Positions 26,945-39,655 of a DNA stretch of 64,000 nt are shown here, one piece after another. The translations under genes and the position numbers were made by a program. The stretch is from Chrysomallon squamiferum. Taxonomy: Eukaryota; Animalia; Mollusca. Below the pieces are notes generated by a model. That model was not told the origin of the DNA and ran no database searches. It was given only the letters and a program-made list of their open reading frames with translations. The stretch lies in NCBI GenBank assembly GCA_012295275.1, contig CM022667.1, positions 1,302,001 through 1,366,000 on the forward strand, in the 5' to 3' direction. Each line of letters opens with the position of its first letter. Position 1 is the stretch's first letter.

Positions 26945-29900
26945 TTATAAATAAAGATTTTTACTGTAATATTTTTAAAGGAAAATAATTTTTACAGATA
27001 TGAAGAGTTCTTACAATGACAGATGAAATCTGTGAGCCACGCCCTAGAGCTATACCAGACAGTGTCTGTACCGCCAGTCTGGTTGAATTATCAGCAACCA
27101 TCAGTTTATGGAAACCATAGCAACGAGCTATTGTTATTAGCAGCTGATTCCTGAAATTAAAAAAAGAAGAAATTTTTGTCATCTTAAAATTAAAATAATC
27201 TCCATTTTATTCTGACAATAAAATATTTTTATCTTCAAAAATATTTATTAATAAATATTAAAAATAGGGTTATAGATAATGAATTGATCTTAAAACTGTT
27301 AAATTTTTCTACCAAAAATTCTAAAATCAGCAAGCAGAAAAGACCATGGTGCTAATAAACACAAAATTATAATTCCAAATAACTGAAATAAGGATTTTTT
27401 TATTTTTATTATTATTATTATTTCAGGATGATTTTTTTGTTGTTGTTGTTGTTGTTTTTGTTTTGTTTTGCTGTTGTTGTTTTCTTTTTTGTTACCTGAG
27501 ATTTTTAATATATTCTTGTTTAGCAGTAACACTTTTTATGGAATTTAATACATCTGTGAGGACTTTGGTTGTTTTTGCTTTTTCAAATTCTTCTTCACCA
27601 GTTTTTTTCAATATGTCCCAACAAGGGGGACAACTCTTTTCCTCAGAGCCCGGCAAATCAAGACCCTAAAAATATTATTCTAAAAATATACTTTCTTATC
27701 TCCAACTTAATTTCACAAAGAATATTTTATAATTTCATTAATTAGCAGATTAATTTATGTCTGGTATAGACATTTATTTTTAACTTATACTAAAGAACCT
27801 TTCCGACAAATGACAAAATTGTTTCAAACTAATGAATAATTTAATTCTTAATATTTCACAATTCCTTACACTGTAAAATACATATACTATTTTTATAATA
27901 TAATATCCATTAATAACTTTAACTTCCAAAATAAGCCAAATTTATTTTGTCATACTGATTGATGATAATAAGAATTACTTGTTCAAGAGAACTCATGTAG
28001 CAGGGAAATCCAAAAGATTTCATAAGGGAGATAATCTGCTGATTCCTTTCATTTCTTTCAGCAGCAGAAATGGAATGAACACTACCAAGTTCTGAAATAT
28101 GTATAACACAAATATATCAAATTCTAATTACAAATATTCATACTACATTTTCCTAGAATTTTATTTCACCTTATATAAAGTTAGTTTATAAATAAAATTT
28201 TTAGACTGTTTTAGTAATGCTGTATTTAATTAATATTTATATATATATATATATTTTTTTTACATTAAAAAACCCCAGTGATTTTTGAAATTATTATTAA
28301 TCATTTATTATTATTATTATTGTTATTATTTTGATTGCTGTTGTTAATCATTTATTATTATTATAATTATTATTATTATAAAATAAAAAGAAGTTACCAT
28401 CAATGTGAACCACACTGGGAATAAACCTCAGTCTTTTATGAGCTCTGACACTCAATCCCTGAAAATAAATTTCAAAAATACTAAAACCAATCAACACACC
28501 TTTGAATTACTGTTTTATCATACAATAAATTATATTATCTGTTTTAAATTCTGTCTGATGAAGTGATACTTAGCTCTTGTACCAGATGAAGTGATACTTA
28601 GTTCTTGTATCAAATGAAATGATACTTAGTTCTTGTATCAAATGAAATGATACTTCTTTCTTGTATTAGATGAACTGATACTTATTTCTTGTATCAGATG
28701 AAGTGATACTTACCTCTTGTACCAGATAAAGTGATACTTACTTCTTGTACCAGATAAAGTGATACTTAGTTCTTGTACCAGATGAAGTGATACTTAGTTC
28801 TTGTACCAGATGAAGTGATACTTAGCTCTTGTACCAGATAAAGTGATACTTACTTATTGTACCAGATGAAGTGATACTTAGTTCTTGTACCAGATGAAGT
28901 GATACTTACTTCTTGTACCAGATGAAGTGATACTTAGTTCTTGTACCAGATGAAGTGATACTTACTTCTTGTACCAGATGAAGCAAAGCTGAAGAAGACT
29001 GCCCACCAGAAAAAGCTAACAAAACTTGTTCACCATCACGTATCAAATGAGACTTGCCAATAGCAGCACGAAACTTGTGAACCACATACACCATAAAACA
29101 GTCCCTGAACAAAAAAAAAAAAAAAAAATATTTAAAATGTATTTTAAGAATGTAAAAAAAAAAATAATAATAAAAAAAAATTAAATTAAATAAAATTAAA
29201 AAAAAAAAAAAAAAAATAATAATAATAATAATAATAATAATAATTTACAGTAATACATTTTAAAAACAAAATAAGTAAATAATTAATACTTTTTTTGGAA
29301 CTGGAGAACACATTGCGCTACTTTGGCTTGTGATCTACAACTTAAAGGTTGATCTACGACAAAAAAAAAGTATCTACAAAATAAGAGCATGATGAGAAAG
29401 GATAATTATATTCCTTTAATAGGAAATATCATTTTATAGTATGTAGATAAAAAAATAATAATAAAAAAATGCCTAGACTAAACAAAATAATAATCAAAAT
29501 AAGCGTGTAGATCACAAATAGCAGTGAACATACTATGCAAATGAATCCAGACTAATAATAAAATGATTCTAGCCTAAGGTATAAAATATTTCAATTAATA
29601 AAATAAAAACCTTAATTTTAACATTTAAAATTTTTTTTTTTTAAAATAAGTAAAAAAGAAACAATGAAACATAAGTGAACAAAAATAAATCGTAAAGGAG
29701 TGTATGTCTATTTGTGTGTATGCATGCATGTTGGTGTGTGTGTGTATGTGTATGTGTATGTGTGTGCGTGTGCGTGTGTTATTGTGTGTATGTATGTGGG
29801 TGCGCGCGCACTAATTATTAAATATTACATTAACTCACTTGCAAAAGGCATCATCAACCCTGGTTATTAGCACGGCCTTGTTTTCATGGCATTTCATGCA

Positions 29901-30284
29901 CGTTCGATCAATAGATCTAAAATAAAGTTTAACAGAGCATGAATAATTTTTAATCAGAACAGACACTCATTTCACGGAAAATAAATATAACACATCATTT
30001 TTTATTATCTTATTCTAAACTGTCCAAAACTTCAAAATTACCGGCAATTAAAAACAAAACTCGTATCCTAAATAGTAAAATAGACCGGTTCATGGGATAG
30101 CCTGTCTTGTATTTTTGGTTTGGTTCGTATTAGTGTTACTGATCCAGTTATTCTACCTTCTAAGATAAACAGAGATTTTAATTTTTGAATATAAAGTTGC
30201 CATAATAATTATAATAATTTCATAATACCTGCACACGGGTTTAGACAGTGGTATGTCAGTTTCATCTTCTAAAACACTACACAT
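22900..30284 (-). CDS. CTU2: Cytoplasmic tRNA 2-thiolation protein 2 (461 aa, 15 exons): 30284-30229, 29916-29839, 29104-28966, 28458-28398, 28091-27979, 27665-27496, 27150-27015, 26289-26240, 25829-25748, 25413-25322, 24879-24816, 24349-24189, 23715-23652, 23258-23200, 22960-22900
   Basis: MCSVLEDE...TCMKC...DAFCKDCFMVYVVHKFRAAIGKSHLIRDGEQVLLAFSGGQSSSAL (degenerate PP-loop)...ADNSTRLAVQTLSGIALGRGSQI...VVRPVRDLSSKEV...LQQEFPSTVSNIVRTGSKL...CSFC...LCYSCRLILNDM...MKEEIKDFLL. All introns are GT-AG, phases are consistent, and the total is 1386 nt. Confidence 0.93.
28557..28983 (-). repeat. 28-bp minisatellite, 15 copies, made of the CTU2 exon-3 end plus 5' splice site
   Basis: Unit on -: TTCATCTGGTACAAGAA(G/C)TAAGTATCAC. 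The first copy is the real exon end (...LHLVQE|gtaagt). Confidence 0.95.
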
Positions 30285-30540
30285 GTTTATAGAGTAGTTT
30301 ACGGACTGATCACATGGACATGGAGAGAATAACACATTCGTAACATCCGGAAATATAAATCCGACAATGAACGAAGTGAAATTAAACTTTTCATTCAATA
30401 AAATTTTCAAAACGAAAATAAACGACAAATAACGAAAGGAACCGATGACGCAAAAAATAAAGTAGACAGAGTATTCGACTCTACTAATCACTGGGCCGCC
30501 ATGAACAAACACCAAAGACTTCCTGAGAGGGCAAAACAAA
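30285..30540 (-). promoter_or_regulatory. CTU2 5' UTR and promoter region
   Basis: Directly upstream of the CTU2 ATG, CpG-retaining, with an ETS-like CCGGAAAT at ~30346-30353. Confidence 0.4.
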
Positions 30541-31489
30541 CTGTAAACAATGCTACATAAATTAAACGTTCATTTGTTGAACATTTTATCATTTCTGATT
30601 CGATCTTAAAAATTAAAAATACTATGTACTGTATGTAATGTGCTTTAATTAATTATGCAAAAAAACAAAATAATGACAAACACTAAAAAGAAAAAGAAAG
30701 AAAAGAAAAGGAAAAAGATATAATCGTAAAACAGCGAAATTCGATTATAATTGATTAATTTATTGAATTTTTCCATAATCTTTGTCTGATCCAAGTAACT
30801 AGTTATTTATTTATTAGTTATTAATTAATAATTAATTAACCTTTTTGAACGCTGGGGTGGGAAACATTGCCAAACTGTAAAATTCATTTACAAATTATGT
30901 CGGATATAAGTTTCAAATAAAATCCATGACCGAATTGTACTGAATGATTTGGCTGAACGTTACCAAAAGCGTGTGTTTCTTACTCTATAAAAATACCTCA
31001 AGATTAAAATCAGAACTGATCATTTAAAACTATTTTATTCATATGTTATTTTGTAACAATTGCAGATGTTGAAATTTACTAATGATTAAATTTTAATGAT
31101 TAATTTGTTTCGCGAAAGCCTTTACAGCGTGTATGATCCTAAAAATGACGCCAAATTTTGAGGCTTAACTTATTTTGTAAAAAGAATATCAACATTTTAT
31201 GACAAATTATGTTTATCTACTGCAAGAACAAAGTGTTTCCAGAATATTTACACTGAAATCTGAAATAAAATTTACGAAACAGAAAATCACTCGACGTAAT
31301 TCCTGAAAAAGAAAACACAAAAAACGTACACAGTACGTTCACGTTACGGAAGACATTGCTGCTTTCAGTGACGTCCGATCTCTCCCTATAAATACGACGT
31401 GAACAATTGACTGACGTGATTTCGACAAATAACTTCGTTGGTAAAAACACAAAGAGAGTCTGTCCATGTATGTATGATGTGTATATGAC

Positions 31490-32720
31490 ACACACAGCAT
31501 ACATACACACTTAGAGACTAACCAAGTTATTTGTCAGTCATACACATACACACATACACACATACTTAAACACATACATACATATACACACATAAACATA
31601 CATCAATACTCACATATATACACACAATCACATAAACAAGTACACACAAATATATTATACACAGACACAAACATATACAGACATATACATATGTACACAA
31701 ATACATGCACACACAGAAAAGCAATTACATATATATACACACACATACACATCCACATACATACACATATACATACAAACATATACATAAACACAGATAA
31801 AAACATACATACACATATACACATAAAGCACACACACATACATATATATACACAAACACATATACATACACACACATGAATGCATGCAAACATATACAAA
31901 CTCACATATATATACACAAATAGACACACACAGACATAGATACATACACATACATAAACACTCAGATATACACCCACACACTTGCAATCACATATACAGG
32001 TACACACACATACAAATACACATACACATACCCACACTCATACACAAATGCACACATACATACAAATACACACACAAACAAAAACATGACCACATATGCA
32101 CATGCACATACATATATTATATACACAAATACACCCACATACATACACATACACATACACATATGTAGAGACATAAATACATACACATGAACACATAGAC
32201 AAAGAACATATATACACAAATAACACACATATATAAACAGATAAACACATACATATAAAGCACACATATGTACATACACATACATCCACACATACACAAA
32301 TACACATATACATATATACACATACACAAATACATGCATACACACACAACACTCACACAAATACACAGCACACACATACACACATGCAAACATACACACA
32401 CATACATGCAAACATACATGACAAACACATATATACATACAAATATATAAACACATATACATAGATGCATACACACATAAATATGCACACATACACACAT
32501 ATATAATATATACTACATACACACACATACATACATATACACACACATATACATACATGTGTGCATACATAAACATATATTTATGATACATGTATGTGTA
32601 TGTTTGTATTCCTGTATAGGTGTGGGGTATGTGTATCATACACATACATGTATGCACATATATCATATATATGTATGTATGTGCCCAAGTGCTGGAAATG
32701 TGTATATGTTTGTGTGTGTG
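31490..32720. repeat. ~1.2-kb cryptic (CA/TACA)n simple-repeat block, switching to (TG/TATG)n at its right end
   Basis: Direct reading. It generates the many C/V/Y/M- and H/T-rich pseudo-ORFs in the track. Confidence 0.9.
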
Positions 32721-34083
32721 TATATGAAATAACTGCTTACTGTCTTATGAAAGATGGAACATTTTAAAAGTTAAGTTACCTAATAAATAAATGAATGAAT
32801 GAATGAATGAATAAATAAATAAATAAATAAATAAATAAGAATAATTATCCTAACTCAACATTGTTGTTGGATTCTTGGCAAAAGCAATTCAGAAATCATA
32901 AAAAAATATAACACAAACCTTCACTCATTTCATTATTGTATTTACTTTTGTCAGTATTAGTATCTTTTATACAAACAATAAATTATGAACATTTGAAACC
33001 AAATCTGTACTGCATACAGATTTTGTGAATTTCACACTTATGTGTCACCAACATGGGTAGTAAAGTCACACAATCACACACACCCATGCACACACTCGCC
33101 AACCCAGACATACCCACACACATGCACTGGTAGATGAGTGTTCAGCCAAGAAAGAAAAAATTTCAGCAAATCAAAACAAGAATTAATACAATTTATACTT
33201 TTATTACATTTGATCATTGTTCATCTTAAAAATCACAGTGGCATAAAAAATAAGGAAATGAGAGACATTATTTGTATGTACATGTGTTGATAAATTGGGA
33301 TAAACATTAACAAAACTACACAGTCTAAGGGGGATAACAACCAACAGTTTTAACTGTTTCTTTACAAACAGCAGCAGCCTATTTTAATACACTGCATAGA
33401 CAGAATCAAAATATGTATGAATGAAAATTATATAAATTACAGAATAGCAAAAAAAAAAAAAAAAATGTTATTTATAAATCAAATTCACTTTAAAAAAGTC
33501 AAACTGAATACATTTTCATTTTTTTTATGAATATGTATTTTTTCTTTATTCTTATTTTCAATTTTATTCCATTGTTTACTGTTTTTCTTTCTTTCATGTT
33601 TTGGGGATGGTTCTTTTCTTTCTATGGCAAAGGATGATGTTAAAATTATTTTTTGTTTTGTTTTGTTTTGTTTATTTAAATATTTTTATAACATTATTTC
33701 ACACTGTGATACTACTTGGAAACAGAAAATATTTAAAAAAGTGTTTTGCTTCCTAAAATAAAACACACAAATTTTAACTAAATAAAGTTCTTACAATACA
33801 TTATGAAATACACATATGTATAAGCCCAACTTATTGGTTAACAAGCATAAGCTGTTTGAACAATGCACTTTGTGAATCTACCTAATTAAATAATAACAGT
33901 CATGAAACACTTAAAGCAAATTTATCCTTTTAAATGTCAAATGTTTATAACACAAATGTAAAATGATTATTGAAATGAAATTACGAATTAAATAAATGTA
34001 TAATACTTTACTTAACTGCTAATTTCATAAGAAAATATTTGTTTAGTTTTGTTTCTAAACTGAGTGTTAATAAAAATGTAAAA

Positions 34084-34118
<35 letters not shown>

Positions 34119-35543
34119 AATAGTAATTTAATAATAAATTTAAAAATATGAACAATACATTCATTTCAACATTAACTTGGACTCACAATTTTATATGAAG
34201 TTTTCTTCCATATTTTAATACATATATCTTTTGTGTTTTTGTTTTGTAAATATTTTTCAGTATGTAAGATCAATATGACAAGAAAATTCATAGCTAAGAA
34301 AGGCTAAAAAAATGATGGTAAATGTCACTGAAACATATTGCTTGGGTAAGCCACATACCAAAAAGCACACACAACCTTTTGTTGCTATTTACAATTTGCA
34401 GAATAATGGCTTTAGATTAAAAACTTAACGATGGAAAATAAAAAGGTCTAAATATTTTATAAATTGTCTGACTACATGGTAGTCTTAAAGCATTTAAGAA
34501 TTTGCTTTTAATAAAAAAATATTGAAGTGCATGCATTTCATCTCAACTGCATCCAAGTGTATTTTTATATGTGTGTGTACAACATGTCTGAAATTGAAAT
34601 TAAATATGTAACCCATTTTCATTAAAGTATGTCAAGTAAATTCAATAAATATTCATATTACAATGAGACCTAATTCTTACATTTTTAATATCGTAAACTG
34701 GCAAGAAATTGTAAGTGTTAATTAATCAGATGGTTAGTATTTGTTAATGATATAGACTAGATAATAAAAAAAAATTAAATTTCATCTGGCAGTATAGAGC
34801 TAGTGTTAAATTTTAAAGATGGATAAAAAAAAAAAAAAAATTAACAGCAGAATCCAACAAATAAAATACTTTTAAAATGAGATCACTGAAATTGTGTCTT
34901 TCTATAATATCATTTTCTAAAATTTTAGGTATTTACATTTCATCATCTCTGCCTCCATTTTCAAGCAGGGATATGAGCGAGTCTATGTGCTTTGTGGTGG
35001 AGTAAATGATATGGAATCATAATTTTCACAAAATTGAATCTATTAATGGAAATAAAATCAAGTAATTTTTTGTGGAAATATTAAAAAATAATAATAATAA
35101 TAATAATAACAATAATAATAATAAAATAACAATAATAATAATAAAATTTTAAAAAAGGGTATAACAATAATAAAAGAGGTTTTATAATAAAATATTTTTA
35201 ATACATTGTTGGCTTTTAAAAACATGTATTTTCTTTAACACTGCTTTTTAAAGTTTTTTTCCTTTTGTTTTTCCTTTTATTTTTAAATTATTCTCCACAG
35301 TTAAAAAGTTACAACATTTCATCATAAAAGTTAAGTCACACAGAAAACAGAATTCTAAAAGTGAAGGAGACAAAAGCTCACTACAAAACAACTGGTTTTG
35401 AGAACACAATATGGCAAAAACCAAGACACAGTTATAAACTGTAGTGAAGACACTGCTGACATACATCTATTTGTAAATTAATTTCAGAAAAGAAGAAAAA
35501 AGAAAAGACTACTGAAAATCTGCCAATATTATTATGTATATAA

Positions 35544-35586
<43 letters not shown>

Positions 35587-36040
35587 TGTAGAAAAAAATA
35601 AATGCAAGGCTTCATGTATCCCAATCTGTCTGTTACAATATTGTAATTTCTGGGGGAGTATTCTATTTAATTAAATTATTATCAACATCACTGTAACAAA
35701 ATGAAATAATCATTTAGATGTCTACAAAATTTTGGCAATATATATATGTATATATATATGTATTTTAGTTTTTTTAATCACCACAGTAAATTTCAACAGT
35801 AATGACTGTCTGAACACAACATTTCAGCTTAGAAGTATTCCTGTCAACATTTTAGCCTCAGAGATACATAAACCTTTTCTTATCACACTCTTCAAAAAAT
35901 AAACAAGTCAAACTTTCAATCTGTAATACCATCAGTTACTCTATTTGATTTTCTTTTTCGACAAAAAATGCAACAGATCTTTTTCCTTCACTCTCATCAT
36001 TAGAACTAGTTAATGCTCGCTCAGGAAAATTTGTTTGTCT

Positions 36041-37748
36041 TCATATTTCGTATCTTAAAAACTGCTGGATTTTTTGAGGTAAAGGAAGATGTCCAATATC
36101 ATCTATTTTTATCCGCTGCAGAATAAGATCTCGGCAAGCGTTCTGCAGTGATGTGACTGAAAAAATAAAATAAATTAAGGAATAAAATTTTCTGATTAGT
36201 TAATATTACAAAGGTATTTTCTAGTTATCTGATGATATTAAATAAAACTGCTGGAAATACTGTATGTTTGCATCAACATGTATGTTAGCTCTCACCTATA
36301 TACATTTTCCAACTGTAACATATTTTTTTTTGTTGCAACTAAAAGTCAAGTGTTAAAATATCCACACAACAGTACATTCCTAAATCATTTTGTTGTGCTA
36401 TAAAGTGACTCATGCTGAATGACATCTTTAAACTATGGTTTTGATATCACAATACATCGATGCTAAATGCGTCTCTACAATCTTAACTTGGTTTGTTGTG
36501 CTATACAGTGGCTCTTGCAAATGCTGACTTAAAACTATCCAACTTATTTGTTGTTCCAGGATGTGGTAGCCATGCAAAAACAGACTTCATTGTAATTCTA
36601 ACTTACTCATGGTAGATCTATGCTAACTCACCTCCATACAACTGTACAATCCTAACTTGTTTTGTTGTGCCATACACATCAACGACTGCATACAGGGGCC
36701 CATGTCTGCAGTCAATCCCAGTCGCAGATGGGCCTTGGTCTTCCCCATTAATGATAAAATGCATGTCAGCGTAATTGTCTATCGTTTTGTACATAATACC
36801 AATTTTACTGCCAACGTCGAACGGCAGAATGCTGTTCCAACTCTTCATCGAACAGGTTTTTTGAATCTAGACCACGTTGCTGTAGGTGTCCCAGTGGCAG
36901 CAGCATGCTGCGATTGACGGTTCCGCGCGGCGTGTGAATCACCTCCGAATCGCCGAGAATTGATCTGTACGGCTCCGTGTGTTCAGTCTGCTGATTGTAA
37001 TCGCACACTTTGTTATGTGTCTTTGTCACTGCATATATCCATGACTTGCCCATGTTGGCGAGGTCCGGCAAAGCGTACTGCGGCAGTTCGAACCGGTCGC
37101 TAGGGTCAAGCTGGGTCAGCCCCACGCGGAGGTGACCACTCCACCCTCTTTCGTTCTTTTCTATCTCGATGAGGAAGATTTCTCCCGGTTTTAAAGGCTT
37201 CTCGCTGAATGTCAGTGCATGTGCAAAACTTGTTACCCGAAAGGCTACCATATTGTCCTGGGACAGAGATATGTTCTGCCCATGGTACGGGTGAAACCTC
37301 GTCACTGGTAACTTGGCTGAAAATTGATAAAACAAATATTTAAATACAAACACAGTAAAACTGAGTGAAGAAATCAAGAGTTAAATACAAGTAAAAATAA
37401 AAATTTAAAAAGCAGAAAAAGAAAGGCAAATTATATTTAAAAAAATTAAATAAATCTCAAAGTAAGTTCTTGATATGTTCATAAAATATAAATATATCTT
37501 AAAATGATTTACGTTTTATAGAAATAAAATTGTAAATGGGCACAATTCAGCATCTGTTTTTTTTTGTTGTTGTTTTTTTTTGATCATGGAATAAATATTA
37601 TAACATCATAATATATATTTCCAAGATAAAACAAAATTAACTTTTCATAAATTTTTAAGTTGTGTGATTTTATTAATTAAATTAAGTTTCAAATTTCAGT
37701 TCAAGAATATACAGAAAGGTTACAAATGTAGAATACATATTTACTCAT
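36041..37748 (-). CDS. NEURL2: Neuralized-like protein 2 (NHR domain plus SOCS box). Exons 37748-37745, 37316-36632 (contains a 1-nt frameshift near 36857-36862), 36156-36041
   Basis: TRFHPYHGQNISLS...SFAHALTFSEKPLKPGEIFLIEIEKNERGWSGHLRVGLTQLDP in one frame, then ILPFDVGSKIG...ADMHFIINGEDQGPSA...PLYAVVDVYGTTKQVRIVQLYG in a second frame. The last exon is a SOCS box, VTSLQNACRDLILQRI...LPLPQKIQQFLRYEI*. Start inferred from ATG A|gtaaat joining ag|CC AAG (MTKLPVTRFH). Confidence 0.85.
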
Positions 37749-39429
37749 TGTATTTTTGTAGACAAGTGTCTTAATAATTCTAGACTTTCACATCAAAGGA
37801 CAACAACAACTCTTACAAATAGAATCCATGATGTACGCGGGAATTTCATTATTCCATTGCAGGAACATTGATGATCAGGATACCTAAAAAATAAATTATA
37901 ACGGTTTTGTTGTTGTTTTTGTGAACATCAGTAAATGAATGATTGTAATAATTTATTATTATTATGTTAACATTATTGAAACAGATAAACCAAAAAATGG
38001 TTTAGGAATTAAAATCAGGGTTTGTGCACCTTGGACTATCAAAATTTTCTTAACTTTTCAAAAACTTTCTGTAGCCCACAACTCCAAATTTCCAAAACCA
38101 TTTCCAAGTATACTCAATCACAACAAAATGGGTTTTTTTGCAATTTTTAAACATGTTTGTGTATAGTTAAAACTTTTGCCTTGACTAAGCTATGTGGTAT
38201 ACATGTATCATTACTAGAAAAAAAAAAATTATTGTAATTTATTTTGGTGTCTTAAAATGCATTTTTATTCTTGGAGTGGACATCCCTATGATGATATGTA
38301 AGGCAGACTGCCAAATACAGAGGTATCGCTTCACAAAAAGTGGTCATGTTCTTTTCTTCTTGTTCATTTAATAAGTACCTTTAAAAATTGCCCAAAATTG
38401 TATTGGAGGGGGTGGTTTATTTAATGGTATGCGTTATACATGAATTATATTTTCAATTTCAAACAATCTATCCAACAACTTCTTTAAGTCGGATGTGATT
38501 GCATTTAGAAACTTGAACTGGTTGGAACAGCTGATTGTTATTGCATTATATTATTATTTACGTGGTGTGTCACCATGTGCATGTTGATAACAAAAATACT
38601 GTAATCAATTACACTGACCACTTAGTGCTATCACAACACGTCTGCTCTGCCAGTCCGAAAGAGGTTTGCAACAAGTTTCACCTACTGTTGATAATCAAAC
38701 AGATTTTGGAAAAAATGAAATATGGGAAACAAAAATACAGTTGATTTTAGCAATATGTGCCTCCTGCATAACTGGAGTGTGCAAGATGTCATGTGACACT
38801 GATAAGAACAGCTTAGTTGGTTTTACAGACTGCTCGTTTTAAACATAAAAAAGAAAGAAAGAAAGAAAGAAATAAAGAAAGGACAAATTCAGTGACTATC
38901 TCCTATTTGTCACAAAATGTAATTCTGCATAATGTAAACATATCCATCAGCAGTATTACTATCAGGCATGCTTAATTTTAGAGTTAGTAATGATATTCAA
39001 ACTGTTTTGTTTATCTTATAACTGCTGGATTTACCAGTCTTTAAACTCGTTCTGCGTTGCACTGAAAGAATAAAATTTTAAAAATAAACCATAATATGCA
39101 CGACCGTTACGTGCAATTATTAAATTAGTAATACTAATAAATTTACTTTACTGCGGGTTTACATTATATTTATGATCATTAGTATTGATAAAAAAAAAAA
39201 AAAAAAAAAAAAATACGTAACCTTCATTTTAAGAATCTAAAAATAATTAATATAATACTACCTATGACTTCCAGGAACCAGAGATATAACTAATTTCCAA
39301 GTTGGTAACTAAATCATTTCTAATAGTAAAAATTAATATCCTAAAATGAGGACTGTTGCTCTGTAATTTTGCAGACACAAGTAAATATAATGCATTAAAT
39401 AAAATTACACTGCCAAAATGAAATCACTT

Positions 39430-39655
39430 ATTTACCACATCGACAGACACAAAGGTAAATTGTTTAATCTTATTATTAATCCATGCAAAAATAGAATTAT
39501 CGCACATTTTGCTTCACCTCCATATTATGTTAGCCACTTCCGGTTATTTCTAATTCATTTTAATACATAACCATTTATTGGCTATTGTGAAACTCAACCA
39601 ATCAGATTATTCCTTTTATCGACGTCAAAGAATATTGCACAAGGCGGCGGAAAGC
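39430..39655. promoter_or_regulatory. Probable bidirectional promoter between NEURL2 (-) and SEH1 (+)
   Basis: ETS site CCGGAAGT on - (39536-39543), CCAAT (~39598), CRE-like GACGTCA (39621-39627) and GGCGGCGG just before the SEH1 ATG. A candidate NEURL2 first-exon donor GTG|gtaaat lies at ~39435 on -. Confidence 0.55.

Noticed and set aside
28557-28983. CRISPR-like array (28-bp repeats)
   Set aside because: The units are head-to-tail with no unique spacers, there are no cas genes, the context is a eukaryotic intron, and the unit derives from the CTU2 exon end.
30153-30539. 128-aa ORF as a long CTU2 N-terminus
   Set aside because: It opens at a non-ATG codon. Family similarity begins at MCSVLEDE (ATG 30284) and the exon ends at the donor at 30228.
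31603-32666. Cluster of Cys/Val/Tyr- or His/Thr-rich ORFs up to 234 aa
   Set aside because: They are translations of a cryptic (CA/TACA)n microsatellite, open in several frames because the repeat lacks stop codons.
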